Origin: Utricularia gibba
Lineage: Eukaryota; Plantae; Magnoliophyta
Direction: 5' to 3'
Assembly (NCBI GenBank): GCA_002189035.1
Contig: NEEC01000010.1
Span: 930,001-994,000, forward strand
DNA: 64,000 nucleotides
The number at the start of each line of letters is the position of its first letter. Position 1 is the first letter of the stretch. Of the stretch, positions 25,841 to 37,970 are shown piece by piece. The position numbers and the translations under genes were made by a program. The notes below the pieces were generated by a model. The model searched no databases and was not told where the DNA came from. It worked only from the letters and a program-made list of their open reading frames with translations.

Positions 25841-26759
25841 CGGAACCCCCTCACCTAAACATTATAGTAATTTCATAAACACTATAAATGAAAATGAAAT
25901 ATCATAAACATTATAGCCATCTCACTACTTAGAAAATAGTAGTGGAAAATGAGACTTTATTGCTACAAAATGAGTTCCATATCTCAAGTGTAGTAGAATC
26001 CCTATTGCAAAAAGAAAAAAAAAACTACAATTCATATCTACATAAGGATAATGGAAAAAATTGATCTTTAGTCATACTTTCACCATCAACCTCAGGAACA
26101 AAATAAAAACAATACCATAATATCATCAAATATTTCTTTAAGAAATCAAATAATCACTTGGTATGATAAACCCAACTACTGATGCATTTAACAGCATATG
26201 GGTAGCTTCTTCAAACTAGCCCATACTAAAGAAAGAACAAATCTTTATAAATGAGTAATAACCTACACATGGAAAGCATTCCAATGGAATTTGCATTTCT
26301 ATAAAAATGAACAGACACGAGAAGGCATTTTTCTTAATATTCATGAACGCACAATGCTCATAAAAGATGCACCGCTGAGTTAAAACCCTAAAAATCGAAG
26401 CCTTCTGATACTCCAGGGTAGGGCGACGCGATGTTGAAGCTGCTGTCTTCTTTGTACAGCTATCTTTCACCAAGCATAGGGATTGAACAGGAATGGGAGG
26501 GAGAAGACATCAATTGAATATGTGAAGTAAATGCATCACATTTAATGGGCCAGATTTGGGCTTTAGGATTCAATTAGTGAACCTAAATTTTAATAAAATC
26601 AAAAACATATTCTATAGTTATATTAACTGTGTTTTGAAATTTTTATATGGCAATCTATAATATAGCTATCAAATAAGAGTGGTTTCATATTTTTTCGATA
26701 TCATATGAATTTTTTAAAAATCAAAGACCAAAACTGAAACTTTTAAAAGGTGATGCACT

Positions 26760-26916
26760 ATTTTAATTAATTTCAAAATGTGATGTTTTAGAAATGAAAT
26801 ATCTGAAACGTGATGTTTTTGTTGAGTAGTTTTCAAAATGGAATGTTTGTGTTGAGTAATTTTCAAAATGCGATGTTTTGTTTGAGTAACTTTAGAAACG
26901 TAATGAACCAATTCTC
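26760..26916. repeat. ~30-bp tandem repeats ending in a MULE-like terminus (...GAACCAATTCTC)
   Basis: About four ttttcaaaatg.gatgttt...ttgagta units upstream of the MURA remnant; the partner TIR was not identified. Confidence 0.5.
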
Positions 26917-27559
26917 TAATTTTATTAACGTGATAAACTAGTATTGAAAAAATTTATAACGTGATGAACTCAAAGTGAACCTGTCCCTTTTAACTAATAC
27001 GAAACTACGCACGTGAGTTAGGTGTAACCAACGTGTGTATTAACTTCACACCAGTGATGTTAAAAATAAAACATTATTGTTGTTTTTTATGTGAACGTTG
27101 TCGTATCACTTACAAAAAGCCACACGAACGTCGTTTACTAACCCATGCCCGTGCAGTAAAAATAGGTTGCAAAATCGCATACGAGCGCGGGATATGCGCA
27201 TATGCGGAGACGGATTGAGTTGGTGTTAGGGGTTAAACGTAAGTCGGGTTACTAGTATTATAATTCATAATAATTGGTGATATAATGTATTTTACTGTAA
27301 TTAAAGAGATACATAAATCATCTCACGAACGTAAAACATTGTAATGGAATTAAGGGAGAAAATATAACTAATTAATGATATGAGTTGATTAGTTCCTTTT
27401 CACTCCCTTTTGTAATGGATTCCCACCTTCCAAAACAGAATACCACTCGGGTGATGCAAAATCGAGATCAGTGAACCCTTCGTCCAATGAAAACCAGACT
27501 GCCTGCGCCCCGAAGGCCACTAAGGAAATTTCTACGGCACTTTTTGCTTACCAGAGATA

Positions 27560-27950
27560 ATGAATGAGTTATTTGAATTGAGTGTTCTTTGATTGGAGTG
27601 CTTATTTTTTTTATATCACTCATGAATCTATGCTTATGCGTTATTTGAATCGAGCGCATATTTTTATTTTAAATTTGTATTACTCATCAATCAATCCTTC
27701 ATTGTTATTTGGATCGAGTGCATATGTTTTTATTTAAATAAAAATTACTCATCAATCGATCCTTACATGTTATTTGAATTGGGTGCATAATTGTTTCTTT
27801 TAAATTTGTATTACTCAGCAATCGATACTTCGTTTTTATTTGGATCGAGGGCATATTTTTTATGTTAAATGTGTTTTACTCATCGATCGACCTTAGTTGT
27901 TATTTGGATTGAGTTCATATTTTTTTATTTTAAATTTGTATTATCACATA
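27560..27950. repeat. ~60-bp tandem array (ATTTGG/GAATCGAG...AAATTTGTATTACTCATC), 6-7 units
   Basis: Units are visible directly; same family as 915-1125, 2020-2220 and 35240-35450. Confidence 0.85.
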
Positions 27951-29981
27951 CGAGCATGGGTTAGCCGCAACCCACGCACATATGAAACCCTCCATTTTTG
28001 GAGATACAAGCGCCACTTTGCAATAACCCACGCCTGTCTATGATTTAGTGGCACATATATGAAATCGCATATCAGCATGGATTAATGATAACCCACACCC
28101 ATATCTTTTTATTGCACCCCACAAGCGTAGCTTATGCATATATTGTATGAGTTAAATTATGATTGTTTAATAACACAAAATTTAAATTGTATTTTTTATC
28201 TTCACAAATCAAATCAATGTAGATGAAGGGAGCGTCATAGAAATTTCCTTAGTGGCCCTCGAGGCGTAGGGGGACGGTTTTCATTGTATGAAGGGTTCAC
28301 TCCACCGAAAAGGGATTGGCAGACTGGTGGAAGAGAATTTTAAGACCTTCCTGATAGGGGACTGGCGTAGATGGTTATCCAGGTGCTGCGGAGAAGGCTG
28401 CATTCCACGGCTTTCTTGAAAAGCCACTGGTGGTCCTTCGTGAGCGTTACCTTCCGGCTCGATGGATCGGCGATGCTCTTCATCTTGATTTTGTTAGTGT
28501 ATGTGTTCTAGAGACAATCAACTCATTGGCAAATCTTATTTTTTGATATTTACTTTGAATTGTGATCAAATTTATATCATTGATAAAATCCTCTACTTGA
28601 TCTATATGCTATAGAAATTATGATGAGATCATAATGTGAGATTCTTCAAGCACTCATGATCAAGTTACAAACTCCCTGGCTAGAGTGTTTGTGAAATGAG
28701 GATATCACAAATACGGATAAGCTGGCACACATTGAGTTCCCTAAACTGTTTAGGCAATGGTTCTCATAATTGACGTAATGAGATTACTAGAACCTATGTG
28801 TGGGTGTCGATTAGAGAATCGATTCACTGGATGACTCATCTTCGAGATGCTACTATGGGAAGCTAACCAAGTGTCAGTAGCAAGATCTCGAATATGACAG
28901 CCGTGCAAGTAAGCTTAGACTTGAGGTCAACAAAGTTGTCTTGATCTTAAGCTCACATTTTCGCTCATTACTAATAGGAGCCTAACCATGGCTTGCCTAG
29001 CATGGATGAGTAGGGATGTGACTCCTTAAGGTTGGAGATAGTTGATTGATCAATAAAGGATTTATCACTCATGTTAGCGATGAGATCATATTTCAAGTAA
29101 TTGCACCAAAGCCTAACAGTAAGTCCTGGGCCCAGGGTAATGACACTTGAATTGTTTGAGTAGGTCATTGAGTGTTAGTGCTTGAATGCAATTATAAGTT
29201 CGATACATCAGAAAGACACACACCCATGTTCTGGTAACGAATGAGATATAAGTATGATGAAAGCTGTTCATTGCATGGTAGCTGGTCATGGAAAGGCTCA
29301 ATCAGTTCACCTGATTATTCTTTAATTTTGGGGATCATGATATGTTGCTAGACATCACTCATGATCGATAATGATGGATTTGATTAATTAAGAGTTAATT
29401 AATAAATCCATTATTACGGCCTTGATTGAGGAAGCCTATAGTGTCACACACAATAGTGGAGTCACTCATCGATATAAAATAGAATAACACAATTACATGA
29501 GATGTAATTGGTAAAGTGGATAAATTACATTAGAGAATTATTTTGAGACTAATATTGATGAAACTCAAAATAAAAGATCTCATATAGATATGATTTGATA
29601 TGTCACAAAATATATATCAAAAAGATTTAGATCTTGAGATCTCCTCGAAGGTCTTCGTGCTCTCTGAGACTGATCCACAAGGAGGCGTTTTTCTCTACTA
29701 GCACCTGAGAAATTCGACCAGCATTCAAGAGCCTTGAGAAGGTTATCGACGGAGTGCTCCACGTGTGGATACCATAGAGGCTGTCTGCTATTGGCAGTTG
29801 GTGAACAACGGAGTCATCTGAAAGGTACTTCGAACATCCCTATGTCTGATGTATACCGTATTCCAAGATCTGCGTTGGAGGTTTCTCAAAAATTTTAAAA
29901 TTCCGCTGCTTTTGAGACATACGATATCTACGAGAAACCCAACAGTGGTTTCAGAGCGAGGTTACGGAATACGTGTATACG

Positions 29982-30150
29982 TTAGAATCTTTGCTGACTT
30001 TACGAGATGTTCTCGTATGTTGCCTTGCGGTGACACATTAGAATCTTTGCTGATTTTACGAGATGTTCTCGTATGTTGCCTTGTCGGTGACACGTTATAA
30101 TCCTTGCTGATTTTTCGAGATGTTCTCGTATGTTGCCTTGTCGGCGATCA
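29982..30150 (+). repeat. Three ~57-bp tandem repeats in the 5' leader, each with a stem-loop of the type TACGAGA-TGT-TCTCGTA
   Basis: Units are visible directly, ~25 bp downstream of the PBS. Confidence 0.85.
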
Positions 30151-31004
30151 TGATAATAGCATGTGATGCACGAAATCTGATTATGTTGGATTGTTTTGCT
30201 GCCCTAGGATGCATGAAATTTGATTGATGATTGATGCTTTTGAGAATCATATCTTACGTGTATATGCGCAGCATGTTGATGGTTTATATGTGTGTAATTA
30301 TGGGGCATGATGGCCTTTGCACAAATTTTGATCATGTTGATCATATTGGTGAATTATCGATGCATATGATGTTTGATAATTTATTTGTGACCAAGGAATC
30401 TAGGGTCAATTAGGATTTTCGAGCTTTATGTATGAAAATCTAGGGAAATGATGCGTTATTAACGAAAGGGAAAGGGTTGTCATGATTCCTATCTGATAGG
30501 ATATCAATATCCATAGTGCAAGGGTTGCCTATGGAAAAATCCCCTATCAAATAATTTAGTGCATAGAGTTGTTGGCTACCGTCAACCTCCCCACTACACA
30601 TGACATGTTCGAATTATGGAATTAGATTCATGGTGGGTTGGGTTAACTGATTTTATCAACGTGTTGACTAAAGCCAAGGTTGGTAAAATTGGAGGAAAGG
30701 TTGATGTAAATAGTTTTTACATCATGAGTTGATGACTCAATCATACAGTGGTTGTATGAGATATACAATTGGCATGAGATGACTACTTGTTTCATTCATT
30801 AAAGCTTGTTGGCTACAGTCAAGGTGGAGATGAATGAAATGGGACACTATCCCACTAAGAAAATCTGATTTTCTCGTTTTGTTAATAAGGGGCTGCCATC
30901 TCGAAAAACATAGTGGGAGTATATCACATTTAGTAAAGACCAGTTAGATGTGATTTAAGGAACACTACATGATGTGCTTGCTTTCTCTTCTTCAGGTTGA
31001 AGAT

Positions 31005-34000
31005 ATGTCTTCCAGCGTGAATTTGAAATCCATTCTAGAGTCCAACAAGTTGGTTGGCTCGAATTTTACTGATTGGCACCGCAATTTGAGAATTGTTCTC
31101 AAGGCGGAGAAGATTGCTTACATCCTTGAGCAAGATGTTCCTGCACAACCCAGGGCTAATGCAGCTGAAGATGTTCGGTGTGCATATCAGAAGTATCTAG
31201 ATGATGCTGAGCTTGTCTCCTGTATCATGCTTGCTTTGATGGCCCCTGATCTCCAAAAACAGCACGAGGCGATGACTTGCCAACAGATGATAACACACCT
31301 CAAGGATCTGTTTGGTGAGCACTCACGACTTGAAAGGTTCAAGACATCAAAGCTGTTGTTCAATTGTCGCTTGGCAGAAGGAAGTTTTGCTGCTGATCAT
31401 GCGACATTGATGTTGAGTTACATTGAGAAGTTGTCCACTCTTGGTTTTGTGTTGGATAAGGACTTGAGTATTGACTTAATCCTTACCTCACTACCTGATA
31501 GCTACTCACAGTTTGTGATGAACTATAAGATGAACAAGATGGATCAAACTGTTCTTGAATTGATTCAGTTACTCAAGTCTGTTGAGACAACTATCACAAA
31601 GGAACAAAAGAATGTCATGCTTGTCTCTTCAAGGAAAAAGGTTTCCAAGATGAAGAGTCAAGACAAGAAACTCAAAGATAAAAGTGAGATCAAGAAGAAG
31701 AAGCCTATTGAAAAACCGACTAAGGGTGAATGCTTTCATTGTGGGAAATCTGGTCATTGGAAGAGAAACTGCAAAGCCTATCTAGAGTCAATCAAGGGCA
31801 AGAAGCAGAATGAGAATTCAGCTTCAGGTATACACATGATTGAGATAAACACTACTATCAAGAATGGTTCTTGGGTGTTAGATTCTGGTTGTGGTGCTCA
31901 CATTTGCACTAACTTGCAGGACCTAATGAGTAGTAGAATCTTGAAGAAAGGCGATGTTGACCTAAGAGTTGGGAATGATGCACGAGTTGCTGCCATGGCA
32001 GTTGGGACTTGCCACATCGCCCTACCTTCTGGATTATCTCTTGAATTAGATTTTGTTTATTGCGTTTCTTGATTGTCTAAGAACATCGTCTCTATTTCTT
32101 GTTTGGACAAGATTGGTTTCGAGTTTTCTATAAGGAATAGTTGTTGTTCCATACGACGAGGGAATGTGCATTATGGTACTGCTACGATAGTAAACGGAAT
32201 ATATGTTTTGGATCAGCATGATTCGGAACAGATTAACATGTGCATAAAAAGGCCAAGGATTGACAATGTCTTGAATTCTTACCTCTGGCATTGTCGTTTA
32301 GGCCATATAAACAAGAAGCGTGTTGAGTACTTATATCGATTGCGATATTTGGACTCAGAAGATTTTGAATCTTATGAAACATGCGAATCTTGTTTATTGG
32401 GCAAAATGACAAAGCAACCTTTTCTAGGAAAAGGAGTAAGAGCTGAAAATTTATTGGATTTAATACATTCTGATGTATGTGGTCCAATGAGCATCACTGC
32501 TAGAGGGGGTTTCTCGTATTTCATCACTTTTATAGATGACCATTCAAGATATGGATGCATCTACTTGATGAAACAAAAATCTGAAGCCTTTGAAAAGTTC
32601 AAAGAGTTTCGGATGGAGGTCGAGAACCAGCTTGAGCGTTCCATCAAGAAACTTCGATCAGATCGTGGTGGGGAATACTTGAGTAATGAATTCAAGAATC
32701 ATCTGAAGGACAATGGTATTGTCTCAGAAAGAACTCCTCCTGATACACCTGAGCACAATGGTGTTTCTGAGAGGAGAAATCGACTTTTGCTTGACATGGT
32801 TCGATCCATGATGAGTTTTGCAGAACTACCAAAGTCCATGTGGGGATATGCTTTAAAGGCAGCAGCTCATGTTTTGAACAAAGCCCCATCGAAATTGGTT
32901 GAAACCACTCCTTATGAGATTTGGACTGGCAGAAAACCGAGTTTCTCCTATCTCAAAGCTTGGGGGTGCCCTGCTTATGTAAGAAGGTTGAAATCAGATA
33001 AGTTGGAGAACAAATATGACAAGTGTTTCTTTCTGGGATATCCACAAGAAACCATGGGATACTACTTCTATAATCCTCAAGAGGGAAAGGTTTTCATCTC
33101 GAGGAATGCTGTCTTTTTAAAAAAAGAGTTTCTCCTCAAAGAAGCAAGTGGGAGTCGTTTTGAACTTGAGGAGATGTTTGAGAACGAGCCAGTGACACCT
33201 ATAGAGATGCCAGTGGGTGACTCAAAAGGTAATCTAGGCTCACCATCTCGAAATTGTGTCCCAGAAGCTGGTAATGTACCAGTGAGCAATCAACCTGAGC
33301 AATCTGACTTGCCAAATGTACCAAGCACGTTTTCTGTTAGAAGATCAGTCCGACAACGTAACCCTATTGTGAGATATGGTTTCATTGTTGATGTCGAAGG
33401 CATGGGAGACCTCATATTAGATGAGGAACCTCGGACTTATGGCGAAGCAATCAATAGTGCTGAGTCAAGTAAATGGCTTGTTGCCATGAAGGCAGAAATG
33501 GATTCCATGTATGAGAACAATGTATGGACATTGGTCAATGCTCCAGAGGGAGTAAATCCTATTGGATGCAAATGGGTATTCAAAAGGAAAACTGACATGG
33601 ATGGAAATATATCTACCTATAAGGCACGACTTGTGGCAAAAGGGTATCGTCAAAAACAAGGTGTTGATTATGACGAAACCTTCTCGCCTGTTGCTATGCT
33701 GAAGTCCATTCGAATTTTACTTGCCATTGCTGCTCATTTTGATTATGAGATATGGCAGATGGATGTGAAAACAGCCTTCCTAAATGGAAATTTGGCTGAG
33801 GAAGTGTACATGACACAACCTGAAGGTTTCACACAAGATCCTAGTAAAGTGTGTAAACTGAATAAATCCATCTATGGGCTAAAGCAAGCTTCAAGAAGTT
33901 GGAACATCAAATTTGATGAGACAATCAAAGAGTTTGGTTTCTCTCAAAATGAAGATGAACCTTGTGTATACAAGAAGGTAGATGGCTTGGCAATCGTATT

Positions 34001-34005
34001 TCTCA
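31005..34005 (+). pseudogene. pol: Angela-type gag-pol polyprotein with an in-frame TGA at 32070-32072, truncated in RT
   Basis: [61 protein letters not shown] and [11 protein letters not shown]. The frame ends just before the YVDD motif. Confidence 0.92.
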
Positions 34006-34330
34006 AAAGGAGTACATGTTTACCCAAAAGGAGCTCAACCTGTGGTAAGGATGATGGTTAGAACTGATTAAGGATTTCGAATTGGAGGTAAATTACAACC
34101 CTAGCAATGCTAATGTCATGGAAAATGCGCTATGCCGAGTGATGGTGCATGAAGACTTCGCAATGGAATTGGCAAGGATGGAGATTTGCATGGATACAAC
34201 CACTAGCATAACTATGCTTCGAGTAGGGACGAATTTCTTGGAGCAAATACAGGCATCGCAACATGAGGATGACATGGGAGAAGTACTGCGGGAGGACATG
34301 GAGAAATCAGTTGGACTGTATAGCATAATA
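34005..34330 (+). mobile_element. Ty3/gypsy (Tekay/chromovirus-like) RNase H C-terminal fragment
   Basis: [10 protein letters not shown]...[28 protein letters not shown] corresponds to the KELNLRQRRWLELIKDY...HPGKANVVADALSR motif. Confidence 0.8.
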
Positions 34331-35500
34331 GAATGTACTCTATCCTTAGAAAACATAAGGATCGAGTACATTCTATTTTTTATTAAAACTATCGGCATGC
34401 GGAGGTGGCCTACCGGCATGGGTTACGGTAACTCACGTCCGTATGGAGGGTGGCATCCATGTGGAAGGTGAGTGCAATAGTATTTTAATAACAAATAATG
34501 CACTCTATCTTTATGGCCTTTTTTTAATAAAAAAAATAATACATTCCATGCTTCCATCTAAATCAACAAGGACGACTTTTTCCACCATAAATACCATGCA
34601 TTTTGTTCATTCATCCAAATTTGCCGTTAATATCGAACCCTATAATATGTATTCCATGAGCTTCAGCCTTCTGGTGTGTTATTTAATGCACTCGATCTAG
34701 TGCGTGAGCATCAAGCGCAATTTACCATTACCCAATCGATCCATACTCACCGGTAGTGTCGAACGAGGGCACAATTGGGCCAAAATTTACCTTCTAGTCG
34801 ATCCTTTCAGCTTGAGTAACCTCGACCACACGGTGGACGCAATTGAGAAAATTCGCTTTGATATATCAAATCCCACGTCAATACGGTCTTGAGATTGCGT
34901 CCACAGGCACTCAGTTGACACACCTATCGTTACTAAGTGATATTTATCTCTTAATTCCATCCCAAATATCTAGTTAATGCTCCATGTCGTGAGATAATTT
35001 CTATATCTCTTTTAATTACTGCTAAAATACATTACATCACCATTTTTTGATTTATATTTTACTTGATGTAAAATAAAAACAATACTTTCTTTGAATAAAA
35101 ATTTTATTATATAAATACAATTGGTATTAAAAATATTAATTTTGAAACATACGTTATTAATAATGTTGAGTAGATGGATGATATACCGTTTCCCCAAAGT
35201 ACCTCTTGTCGCATTGTGAGAGGGACGCCGTTCGAAATCACGTGTTATTTGGATTGAGAGCACATTTTGTTTTATTTTATTTTATATTATTTGGATTCTT
35301 AGTTGTTATTTGAAGCCAAATCATATTTTATTTTATTTAAAATTTGTATTATCCATCCATCCTTGCACGTTATTTGGCTCGAGTGCGTGTTTTTTTTTAT
35401 TTTAAATGTGTATGACTCATCAATCGATGCTTAATTGTTATATGGATCCCGTGCGTATTAGCACTGAACACTACTATCGCATCCGGAGGAATTTGGGAAT
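34330..35500. repeat. Cluster of dispersed non-autonomous repeat modules
   Basis: Matches 10400-10700 (inverted), 10075-10205, 760-1190 and the GCACTCTATC units at 14450-14730. Confidence 0.7.
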
Positions 35501-35504
35501 CCCA

Positions 35505-36600
35505 TGCCCTCTCAATAACATTCCTAAGCATGCTGCATGTTGAAATATTCCTTCGCATTCTGTGGAGCATTGGACCTTGCACACCACTCTTTTAGATGGT
35601 ATCGAACACCCCTGTAGGGTGCTAGAAATCCCTATGCGTTTGTGTAGCCATTATCACACAAGTAATAATGCCCTACAAAAAAATGGAATGCATGAAAGTC
35701 ACTCATAACTATGGACTTATACACATTGTAAGCACTTACCTTTGCATACAGTGAATGCTCTTTGTCAACAAACTACATCAAGCAGCATGCTATCAGCAGC
35801 GGACACCTTCCAACCGGACAACAAAGAGATGAACTTGAGCTTCTCATCACACACTCCTAGCACATTAGTGGACACGATTCCTTTACGATTCCTCCACCTA
35901 GAAATATGAACCATCTAATGCGCCCAAGCAATTCTGAAAAATAGAGCAGAAAATTACAGCATGCAGAATACACATTGCAAATTCACAACTATAATGAAAA
36001 ATCTCCTTGCATACCTTGAAAAATCTGAAGCTAGAATTAGGATCAAAAACATCAATTGGCATAGGTGTCTTAAGTAAATTTTGGTGCAATGACAGCACCG
36101 TTGACAATACCACATTGAAATATTTGGACACTGATCAGCTGCTTCGCATGAATTCAAATTTTTGTTGCCTTGTTTTCCTGTGATGACCTAAAATACCCAA
36201 AAACAATGCAACTTACTCTGGAACATTGACATACCTTGAAGTGGATAGTCTACCATTACTTCGAAGAACATAGCACAACTTGTTGAAAACATCTACACTT
36301 AATCGTAAGTTTTCAAGACAAGCACTCCTTGAATCAAATAACAAAGCAGTCAAATGCTCTATTTGTCGCGATATCTTTTCTCGGTATGAGAACCGAATTC
36401 TCCTATCGGTTGGTGTACAGTAGAAATGCAACATTATAACAATCATAATTCGCATAACACATAAGTGCTGACCAACGCAATGCGCCGCAGCAAGGGCAGC
36501 CAAAATAATCTTCTTTGAAACCATTGCAACAGCCTGAATAAGCAACGCACAACCTACTGCAATTTTCGGAAAAAAATCACCCGACTCCATCATATGCGAA
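35505..36600 (-). pseudogene. PIF/Harbinger transposase (DDE_Tnp_4/HARBI1-like) pseudogene
   Basis: CLENLRLSVDVFNKLC, SKYFNVVL, FQNCLGALDGSY, YYLCDNGY..GFLAPYRGVRYHLKEW and RNVIERAW, with stops and introns. Confidence 0.88.
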
Positions 36601-37139
36601 ACAAAAAATAAGAACTCTTGACTTAAATTGAAGTATGGGTTTTCGTCGAAATATCAGAATTCGAATTCACTCACCATGTACCTGCAAAAACCCACAGATT
36701 TGTATTGAAGAGGATGAACCAATACACAGATTTACTGTTGCGAATTTGCTTATGCAGCGCCACAATGTAACGACCCGCAACCTGCACCCTAGACGCTAGT
36801 TCATTACCGACATCCTACCATGCCCCGGGTGTCACCTCATTGAAGGAGATGGGCTAGGGACATGTGTTTGGGTGCATGCTCCCTCGCCAAACTACTTGTC
36901 CTCGACACGCAGTGATCCATGACGGCTTGTTCGCAGCAAGGAACGGGGCGTACGAAGGTCCCTCACCATATCCTCTCACCATGACACCTCCCATCGCAAC
37001 CCATTGGTAGTAAAGCATAATTTATTAGAAAAAAATGTGAGCAAGATTCAGCCCAACCGAAAAAAACAAGGAATCACGAAACGAGTAGCATGCGAAGACA
37101 ACCAACAAGAAATGCTCCCTCTACACTCACTCGGAGACC

Positions 37140-37453
37140 CTCACTACGTGCCCGCCTCTTGAAGGAGCGCTTCATCGCGTTCCATATACTTTCTCCTCCA
37201 CTCATCCACCTCTTGATCCCGGTGCATAGGATGAATCTGAGGTGGCATATCATGGGATGGCTCCCCATCGCCCACATCGATGTCATCGTCGGGAGTAACC
37301 TGACGATAACTTCGAGGATCACGACTATACGATGCAGGCGCACCCCTTGTAAGCCGCTAGGAACCTAGAACATATCATTCAAAAGCAATACTCAAATTTG
37401 AATAACACGTAAAATTGCATACCCTCCTCATCAATGATCATGATGGAAATCAT
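37140..37453 (-). pseudogene. Copy C: continuation (end of exon 2, part of exon 3) of chimeric gene B on the far side of the copia insertion
   Basis: Nearly identical to 40860-41185, but carries TAG in place of CAG and a 36-bp in-frame deletion. It abuts the ATCAT TSD at 37449-37453. Confidence 0.8.
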
Positions 37454-37875
37454 TGTTGGCTGATGATAAGCTAATCTTGGACAATTTTATGAGACCCGCT
37501 GAAGATTCTGAAGTGCTGTTTGAATATGCTGTGTGCGACGAGGAAGAAGAACGAAAGGGGATGGGAAAGAACTGATGGCTGAATCAGCAGATGCTGGGCC
37601 AAATACCAGCTTCAAATGGTGTAAGATTGCATGCGGGCCCTTCGTAAGCAGCCCAAGTCTGTGCCCAAGAGAAGGACCAAATCCAAGATGGCCCCGATTG
37701 ACGGCAACGGTAACCTGCAAAGCATTCCTGTGCTCAACGGTCACAAAAAAGGGGTCTATAAATAGAAAGACAAATATGTAACCAAATATATTTTTTTATA
37801 CAGTTTTCTTCCAGAATTCTTGCCTAATCTCTCGAGCACTAAGGCTCCCAGTTAGTGAGCTACAGACTTCTTACA

Positions 37876-37895
37876 TGGTGACAGCTGTGGGATTT
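37876..37895 (+). promoter_or_regulatory. PBS complementary to the 3' end of cytosolic tRNA-Leu
   Basis: TGGTGACAGCTGTGGGATTT directly follows the LTR. Its reverse complement AAATCCCACAGCTGTCACCA matches the plant tRNA-Leu(UAG) 3' end as I recall it. Confidence 0.82.
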
Positions 37896-37970
37896 CCTTG
37901 AGAAATCACAAGCATAGATTCAAGTTCGGCTACAAATCAGATCCTACCAATCTTTAGCAAGTCACACTCC

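Larger units (their letters stand above)
28492..34005 (+). mobile_element. Angela-like Ty1/copia element, 3'-truncated within RT
   Basis: 5' LTR 28492-29944 (TGTTAGTGTATGTGTTCTAGAG...AACA), PBS TGGTTTCAGAGC at 29946-29957, ~1-kb leader and gag-pol. No RNase H or 3' LTR. Confidence 0.88.

Noticed and set aside
27560-27950. CRISPR-like repeat-spacer array
   Set aside because: Whole units are degenerate tandem copies with no unique spacers, the context is eukaryotic, and there are no cas genes.
36765-36900. Chromovirus LTR starting TGTAACGACCC
   Set aside because: Only the start motif is recognisable, with no end, PBS, TSD or second copy.
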